DNA from: Chrysomallon squamiferum
Lineage: Eukaryota; Animalia; Mollusca
Direction of reading: 5' to 3'
Length of the DNA: 64,000 nucleotides
Assembly: GCA_012295275.1 (NCBI GenBank)
Contig: CM022669.1
Coordinates: 13,764,001-13,828,000, forward strand
Shown in pieces: positions 49,741 to 64,000 of this stretch. The notes under the pieces were generated by a model, which saw only the letters and a list, made by a program, of their open reading frames with translations, ran no database searches and was not told the origin of the DNA. The position numbers were made by a program, and so were the translations under genes. Within the stretch, counting starts at the first letter, position 1; each line of letters begins with the position of its first letter.

Positions 49741-50261
49741 CAGATTTAATATCATCAATCTGTATCAGATGAAAAGAAAATTTAAGGAGATCTATCATGA
49801 TATACAGAGCTAGAACATGAGTTCATTCATTAACCTAAACCAAGGTATCGCTTCACAAAACCTTCTAGTTCCCAATCCTCTAAATTGGGATCAACTATTT
49901 CTCTGTACCGATTATTATTATTATTATTGTTCCAGTTGCTGCTGCTGTTCTTGTGATTTGCTTTACCCTCGTTGCCAGTAGTCGTATTTTCAAATAAGAA
50001 CGTTACAAAAGAACTATGAAAATCCTCTTAAAGGATACCTGTGGGAGGAAGAACGTATGGCCTAATTCAATAATTCTTTATATACCTATGTTATTAATTT
50101 AGCGTTTTCAGAAAAGCTACGATCGCACAAAGTGAAATAGGACGATCAAATAGAAAGATATTTAACTCAATTTTAGACCAACACAACTGCAGAGATGACG
50201 TTATCGTGTATATGCCGAGCTGATAGAAGTAATTAACTTCGACAATCGTAAAAGAAATATG

Positions 50262-50412
50262 GAATTAGGAGAAGACGAAAATGTTTTGGCAACAAAATAA
50301 ATAGCAAATGCTAACCAGGATGAAAATTGGAACAGAAAACAGTTTCAAAGATTGGACACTAGCAACAAAACGTCTTGAACAAATAGTAACAGTTCAAGTG
50401 ATCAACTGACAA
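50262..50412 (+). pseudogene. IAP linker relic upstream of FReD copy B
   Basis: Similar to ~42296-42458 (AACCAGGATGAAAATT..CAGAAAACAG..AAGTGATCAACT). Confidence 0.75.
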
Positions 50413-50584
50413 GTTTCAATTCGATGGAAAACAAAAAGATAGATAGATGGATAGATAGAAGGATAGATAGGTAGACAGACAGAAATATAGAGGGATAGAT
50501 GGATGGACGGACGGATGGATGTGTGGATGCATTGAGAGAAGCATACAAAAACAGTCAGATAGACAGAAAGACAGAGATAGCCAC

Positions 50585-50950
<366 letters not shown>

Positions 50951-51064
50951 TAACATCAATCTGTATCAGAGGAAAAGAGTATTTAAGGACATCTATCATG
51001 GCATCCAGATGAGGAACATGAGTTCCCAATCCTCGAAATCGGGTTCGACTCTTTCTCTTTACAG

Positions 51065-51109
<45 letters not shown>

Positions 51110-52144
51110 GTTACTGTTGTTGTTGCTGTTGTTATTGTATCGCTTCACAAAAGCTACTGGTACCCAATCCTCTAAATCGGGTGCAACTATTTCAATTTGC
51201 CGATTATTATTATTATAGCGTTTCCAGAAGCTGTGATCGTACGAAATGAAATAGGAAGATCCAATAATACTGTTACAAAGATATTAAGCTCAATTTTACA
51301 CCATAACAACTGCAGTGACGACGTTATCGTATACACGCCGAACTGATGTCTGTAATTTACTTTGACAATGTAAAACAAACCAGAGAACATCTCACTGACG
51401 GACGTTTATGCGATGACGTGACGACTGCTAGAAAATGTCGAGCCATAGATATTTTTAAAATGCACTGTTTTGTTTTTATACTATATTATTAATTAAAATG
51501 TAATGATGAACATAAACAAAATAAGATACTTATATATACTGATTATTCGTATCCCTTTTCTCTTCCACTGTTTTCTGTCTTCACAAATCATTAGTTAGCG
51601 AAATCTTCAGAAAAAATATTTCAAGGTATTTTCAACGACCAGTTTTAGAATGATTAAAAATGTAAATGTGAGAACACAGAGCGTCTCAGTTTGCTATGGT
51701 AAACCTCACTTTCAAAACGCTTACTACAGAAAGCGAGGCTGCTGTTTGATTCAGACGGCTGGAATCACAAATAACACAAGTACACCAATGGGTAATGGGA
51801 ATTACGCTTTCTATTATGTGACGGTGTTTTCGATTGCGACATAACACTTTTACTATCAGGAGGCTTTAGTTTTGTTTTTCCTGATTGATTATAATATATC
51901 TCAATAAAATTTTAATATTTTCCACGTGCACACTAAGTGCGACGGCATTTGTGAGAAAGCATAATTGCATTGATAAGTGGAATGACATTTTTCTTATTTG
52001 TGTCTTACTAAAAGCAAAACTAAAAGCATCTGAAAAAACCCACCAAATTCATTACAACGAAATCCACATTCGAAAACGAGTTCAGGAGAAACGCTTCATA
52101 TCTCATTTCCTTTCTCAGAGAACAGTTGATACGAAACTGCTATA

Positions 52145-54764
<2,620 letters not shown>

Positions 54765-55927
54765 AACACTGTATGAGTGGTCAAATACAAAAATAATATA
54801 AGAACGATAATAAGATTTGTTTCTGTTGTTGTAGTTGTTCCTGCTGTAGTTAATGTACGTTTCTGTTTTGATTTGTTCACTGGATGACTGGCTGTTGTTG
54901 TCTTTTTTTCTTCTTGATTTTGTAGGCTTTGTTGTTGTTTTTGTTGTTAATCTTTGTTGTTTTTGTTAAGGAAAATAACACTGGTACTAAACAAGTATTT
55001 TTCAACTAGCAACAAGTGAAAGAGATTAACTTTCCTCTGAACAAGAAACACACACCAAAACAGTGGAGTGATTCTGAACTGAATCTGGAACTATATCAAC
55101 AGTCTCATTCAGGAAAACTGATCTATACTATAATTATAACTGACAGTAACTGAGATGAAGAAAGGAAGCTTTTCTACATAATATTAGTTATCTGTATAAA
55201 GGATACAGCAACATCGATACCTTGTTCATATTTAAATAGCCAGATACGACTAACTGAACGTTTCAGTTGATAAAATGTCTTGTATTAAACAGACATTTAA
55301 TGTATATTATATGAATGAAAAATGAGGTTTACACATACATACATACTTTTTTCTACCCTTCAAATAAAGTGTACTTTTCTGTTGATATTGTTTGTCAAGT
55401 CTCTATTACTAATAAATAAAGTTTACACAGCCCATTGGGTTCAGTGTAATTATACTTTTAAAGTTCGTCTGCTGTAATGAAAACTTTGGTTTAATAGTCA
55501 ACAAGGTAACTATAGTTTTTTTTGTTATTTGTTTATTTCTCTATAGAAACTACACCTCTAAAGGTAACAAATTCTGTAAATGAACTAAGTAAATGGATTT
55601 TTTACAGTGAACACAAATTGAAAATACGAAATACATTTTAATCAGTGTGAATTATTTAAATATTTGTGATTGCTTTTCAAAGTGGAATGGTCTTAATTTG
55701 TTTAAGGGGTGATACCTTATTCATCTTTACCATCACAGATGAAACAGTAATTCATTCCAACACTCATTTCTATAAAGTGCATATAACACTTTGAAAATTC
55801 AACCGTCAAAAGCTATGAAAGCTATCTAATATTAATTCATTTGTTCTGAATACTCATGGCCCACCTTCGGAAATATTGCTATGAATTTTTTTACTCTTTT
55901 TTTTCACATCAAAACTGAATTAAACTG

Positions 55928-56069
55928 AAGTATAGAAAAAAACGAAGCGGTTATTTTATGTCTTCCTTGTAGCCATATAGCCGGTTGTGAGGGATGCACT
56001 GATAAAACTCATAACTGATTCGTGTCAGAGAAAGAATTTTGGCAACCTGTACGCACTTACTTTGCGTAA
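55928..56069 (+). pseudogene. IAP RING relic upstream of FReD copy C; similarity continues through the IAP 3' flank
   Basis: Matches ~42497-42637 (EAVILCLPCSHIAGCEGC...RTY) with a stop and indels. Confidence 0.85.
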
Positions 56070-56977
56070 AGTCTTGAAGAATACTTCCAGAAAGATCATT
56101 ATATCATGATATCAATAATGAAAAAGGAAGAGGGGAAAAAGAGACTCAAGGAATGAACATGTCTACGTCTTGTTTGTATGTGTGTGTTTGTACATTTGTG
56201 CTAATGTGCGTGTGGGTGTGCGTGTGTGCACAAGTGTGTATGCTTGTATATGAGTGTGAGAGTGTGTATGCAGATATATCATGTGTGTATGTGCCTACCG
56301 GCAGTAATCATTAAAATAACCACTATAATTATTTAAAATTCATTTATAATGTTCATGATGTAATGGCTGTACGTGATAGTTTATACATTAAATTTGAAGT
56401 GTTTTGGTGTGTGTTTGGAAAACTGTGATCGAACAAAATGAAATAGGACGATCAAATGTTTCTGCTACAAAGGTATTAAAGTCAATTTTACATCACCACA
56501 ACTGCAGTGACGACGTTATCGTATACATGCCGAACTGATGTCTGTAATTTACTTTGACAATGTAAAACAAACCAGAGAACATCTCAGTGACGGACGTTTA
56601 TGCGATGACGTGACGACTGCTAGAAAATGCCGAGCCATAGATATTTTTAAAATGCACTATTTTGTTTTATACTATATTATTTTATTTTTGTTTTTCTTGA
56701 TTGATTATAACATATCTTAATAAAATTTTAATATTTTCCAGATACACACTAAGTGCTCCGGCGCTTGTAAGAAAGCATGAATGCACTGATCTGTGGATTA
56801 ACATATTTCTTATTTATGTCTTACTAAAGCATAACTAAAAGCATCTTAGAAAAAGCAACAAATTCATTACAACGGTATCCACACTTTAACACATGAAAAG
56901 GAGTTCAGGAGATATCAACACGAACGTTACATATCTCAATTCCTTCCACAGAGAACGGTTGATACCAAACTGCTGTA

Positions 56978-58651
<1,674 letters not shown>

Positions 58652-59340
58652 ATACCTTGAATATATACCTTGTATATAGTAACTGCAATATTGATTCCTG
58701 GTTAATATTTAAATAGATACATGCGACTAATTGAACGTTTCATTTGATAAAATGTTTTGTATTCAACAGACATTTAATGTATATAATATGAATGAAAAAT
58801 GAGACTTACACACACATATATATTATTTTCTAGCCTTAAAATAAAGTGTACTTTTCTGTTGATATTGTTTGTCAAGCCTCTATTACTGATAAATGAAATT
58901 TACACAGCTGACTGGGTTCAGTGTCATTATACTTTTAACTGATCAAATTCGTCTGCTGTAATGAAAATTACGGATAATAGTCAAAAAGGTAACTGTAATG
59001 TTTTTTTGTTATTTGTTTATTCCTCCATAGAAACTACATCTCTAGAGATAACGCATTCTGTAAATGAACTAAGTAAATTTATCATTTTGGATTCGGTACA
59101 ATGAACACAAATTAAAAATACGAAATACATTTGAATCACTGTGTGAATTATTTAAATATTTGTGATTGCTTTTCAAAGTGGAATGGTTCTTCATGTTTAC
59201 GATCGCAGATGAAAGAGTAGTTCATTCCAAAACTCATTTCTATAAAGTGAACATAAAAGTTTGAAAAGCTATGACAGCTATCTAATATTAATTCATTTGT
59301 TCTGAATCCTCATGGCCCACCTTCAGAAATACTGCTTTAA

Positions 59341-59373
<33 letters not shown>

Positions 59374-59809
59374 TTTATTATTCTTTATTTTTTTAAATTC
59401 TTTATTTTTTTAAATGAAAACTGAATTAAAATGAAATACATATAATTATAGCTCAATCTGAGACATGCACTGGCACAGAGATAATAAGAGAGAGAGAAAA
59501 AACACAAAGTGAGAGAGAGACAGATTGAGATTTACTATCATCAGTCTGTATCAGATCAAAAGAATAGTTAAGCATACAGGGAAGGAACGTGAGTTCATTC
59601 ATTAACCTAATCGAAGATATCGCTTGACAAAAAAAAAAATCCTTTAAATCGGGTTCGACTATTTCTCAGAACGGTGTTTTTTCGTTTCTTTGTTTGTTGT
59701 TGTTTTGTTTTGTTTCTGTGTGTTTGTTTTTGTTTGTTCGTTTTTTGTTTGTTTTTATACAGAGAAACTGGAGAACATTAGCAGCCATAACTTCCGTTAT
59801 AAAAAAAAT

Positions 59810-60090
59810 TAGAAACATATTTTAATTTTTATTTTATTGTATTTTATTTTTTTTCTTTCTTTATTTATTTATTTATTTATTTATTTTAAGAAGATAAATA
59901 ACACAGGTAAAAATGAGAGTTATTGTTCCAAGATTAAAATTTGGGTGCCAGTACCTAATTATTGTTATTGTCGCTTTCCTTGAGTTTGCTTTTCACTCGA
60001 CCCGTCCCAAAATAAAAATAACATCTAATTTTTACAAATTATCTTTCGGGCGACTTTTTTATCAGTTCTAAGAAAAATCATTACGGAATA
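59810..60090 (+). pseudogene. Second relic of FReD intron 4 and the start of exon 5
   Basis: Paralogous to 48440-48715. Confidence 0.65.
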
Positions 60091-61438
60091 TATATTAATT
60101 ATGTAAATGAACCAGGTAACTTTATCTCTTTGGATTCCGTACAATGAACACAAACTGAAAATACGAAATAAATTTTAATGACAGTGTGAATTATTTAAAA
60201 TTTCTGATCGCCTTTCTCAATGGAATGGTTTTAATTTGTTTACCTGTTGATAAATTATTCATGTTTCCGATCACAGATGAAACAGTAATTCATTCCAACA
60301 CTCATTTCTATAAAGTGCATGATTACTATTAAATATTTTTATTTTTTAGTCATTTATTAAACTTTCAAAGCTTTATTTATATCAAAATAATGGCTTTCTT
60401 TATTTTTTCTTCTTTTAAAAACAAAACAGAAAAGTCAAATAATATGTGATGGGTCCACCTGTAGTTACTGCTGTTCTAATTGAACTTATGATTGGTTCTA
60501 ATTGGTCAGACTGAATGGCCTTGTGCAGGTCAGCACAACCTAACAGAATCAGGCAATTTTTACCTTCACAGGATAAAGTTGAATATTTAAGAAATAGGCA
60601 GAAATTCTCAACTCTCCACTCTGGAAATAAGTACCTTCACCCATATTGATTTTGTTGCACAACATATCAGAACAAAGTAATCTTGAAATTAATATTTATT
60701 TGTTATTTTTAAAATGAAAACTGTTTTCTGAATCGTCTTTTACAAGATAAACAAATAATTAATCACTAAAGAACACACACACATATATATACGCACATAA
60801 TTTACTTAAATAAATAAATTTCCAACCCCAAAAGCAATATTCTTAAATAAATAAATAAAAATTGGAAAATTTAACAGTTAACAGTTAATAGCCTCGAAAG
60901 CTATCTAGTATGCATTTAATAACATCAATCTGTATCAGAGGAAAAGAGTATTTAAGGACATCTATCATGGCATCCAGATCAGGAACACCAGTTCATTCAT
61001 TAACCTAATCCAAGGTATCGCTTCACAAACAATCCTCTAAATTGGGATCAACTATTTCTCTTTACCGATTATTATTATTATTGTTATTGTTGCAGTTGTT
61101 GTTCCTGTTCTTGTGATTTCCTTTACACCCATTGCCAGCTGTGTGCTTTTTAACTATCGTCGTATGTTCATGTAAGTACGTTACAAAAGAATTATGAAAA
61201 TCCTCTTAAAGCATTCCTGTGGGAGGAAGAATATATGGTCTAATTAAATAATTTTTATATACCCATGTTATTAATTTAGTGTTTTCAGAAAAGCTAAGAT
61301 CGTACAAAATGAAACTGAACGATCAAATACAAAGATGTTTAACTCAGTTTTACACCATCGCAACTGCGGCTACTACGTTAATGTGTATGAGCCGAGCTGA
61401 TAGCTGTAATTTAATTTGACAATCATAAAAGAAATATA

Positions 61439-61773
61439 GAATTACGACAAGACGACAATGTCCTGGCAACAAAGGAACTAGAAAGTGCAAACCAGGATGA
61501 AAATTCGGACAGAAAACTGTTTCAAAGAGCGGACACTAGCAACAAAACGACTTCAACAAATAGTAGCAGTTTAAGTGATCAACTTACAAAAGAAAATTTC
61601 AAGTTAAAGGAAAATCGTTTGTGCACAAAGTGTAGAAAAAATAGTGAAGCGTTTATTTCAAGTCTCACTTGCGTGCTATACAGCCGGTTGTGAGGGTTGC
61701 AATGAGACAACTCATAATTGATTCGTGTGCAGACACAGAAATTTGGGAACTTGTACGCACTTACTTAGCGAAA
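61439..61773 (+). pseudogene. IAP linker + RING relic upstream of FReD copy D
   Basis: ANQDENSDRKLFQRADTSNKTTSTNSSSLSDQLTKENFKLKENRLCTKCRKN..., followed by a degraded RING ending in VRTYLA. No BIR is present. Confidence 0.88.
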
Positions 61774-62983
61774 AGTCTAGAAGAATATTTCCAGAAAGAT
61801 CATTATATCATAATATCAATAATGAAAAACGATGACGAGAAAAAGAGACTGAAGGAATGAATGTGTCTACGTCTGTGTTTGTATGTGTGTGTTTGTACAT
61901 TTGTGCTAAGGTGTGTGTCCTGGTGTGCGTCAGAGTATGTATGTGAATGTGCGTTTGCGCATATATGAGTGTGAGAGTGTATATGCGGGTGTATAATGTG
62001 TGTACCGGCATGCGGGCAGTAATAATTAAAACAACCACTATAATTATTTAAAATTCAATTACAATGTTCATGATGTAATGGTTGTTCGTGATAGTTTATA
62101 CATTAAATTTGATGCTTTTTGCTGTGTGCTTGGAAAAGCTGTAATCGTACAAAATGAAATAGGACCATCAAATAATACTTCTACAAAGGTATTAAACTCA
62201 TTTTTACACCATCACAACTGCGGTGACGACATTATCGAATACATGCCGAGCTGAAGTCTGTAATTTACTTTGACAATGTAAAAGAAACCAGAGAACATCT
62301 CACTGACGGACGTTTATGCGATGACGTGACGACTGCTAGAAAATGCCGAGTGATAGATATTTTTAAAATGCACTATTTTGTTTTTATACTATTTTATTAA
62401 TTTAAATGGTAGAGTAGAGCATAAAAAAAAAAAAATGTTTCTATATACTGATTATTCGTATCCGTATTCACTCCCACTCTTTTCTGTCTGAACAAATTAT
62501 TAGTTAGCGAAACCTTTAGAAAAATGTTTCAAGTTATTTTTTAGGAGCAGTTTCAGAATGATTAAGAAATGTAAATATGAAGACACAGAGCGCCTCCGTT
62601 TGCTATGGTAAATCTCACTTTCAAAACGCCTACTACAGACAGCTAAACTGCTGTTTGATTCAGACGGCTGGAATCACAAATAACACAAATACACCAATGG
62701 GGAATGGGAATTAAGCTTTCTATTATGTGTCGGTGTTTCGGATTGGAACTTAACGCTTTACGATCTAGAGACTTTATTTTGGTTTGTTAGAAAGAATAAA
62801 CGTATTGATCTGTGGATTGACATATTTTTTATTTATGTATCATTGCCAATAAAAGGATCTATAATAAACACGAGAATTCATTACAACAGTTTCCACACTC
62901 GAAAAGGAGTTCACGAAATATCGATGCGAACGCTAAATATCTCATTTCATTCAACAGAGAACAGTAAATACCAAGCTGCTGTA

Positions 62984-64000
<1,017 letters not shown>

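Noticed and set aside
61669-61860. 63-aa ORF containing VRTYLA as an independent gene
   Set aside because: It is a frameshifted remnant of the IAP RING with the cysteine pattern destroyed.

Overview
This is AT-rich, microsatellite-dense eukaryotic DNA from an invertebrate, probably a mollusc or other lophotrochozoan (inferred from gene content only). It holds two divergently oriented tandem arrays that share one gene family. The left array (1 to ~38.7 kb, minus strand) has ~12-14 kb units, each with an intronless-CDS single-BIR/UBA/RING IAP gene and a 9-coding-exon SLC22 transporter gene: three SLC22 copies, three IAP copies and an orphan duplicate of SLC22 exons 8-9. The right array (~40-64 kb, plus strand) has one BIR/UBA/RING IAP followed by four copies of a secreted PAN/Apple + fibrinogen-domain (FReD) gene: one intact, one damaged in exon 2, one truncated and one running off the window. 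FReD copies 2-4 are each preceded by a decayed IAP 3' fragment. The arrays have exchanged sequence in both directions: a FReD exon lies beside two left-array IAPs, and an SLC22 intron piece is fused to a right-array IAP relic. All four IAPs have a Rel/NF-kB-type site upstream. Exon structures were built by hand from GT-AG sites and phase. Several single-base frameshifts fall in homopolymers and may be assembly errors. Most long ORFs in the supplied track are microsatellite artefacts.
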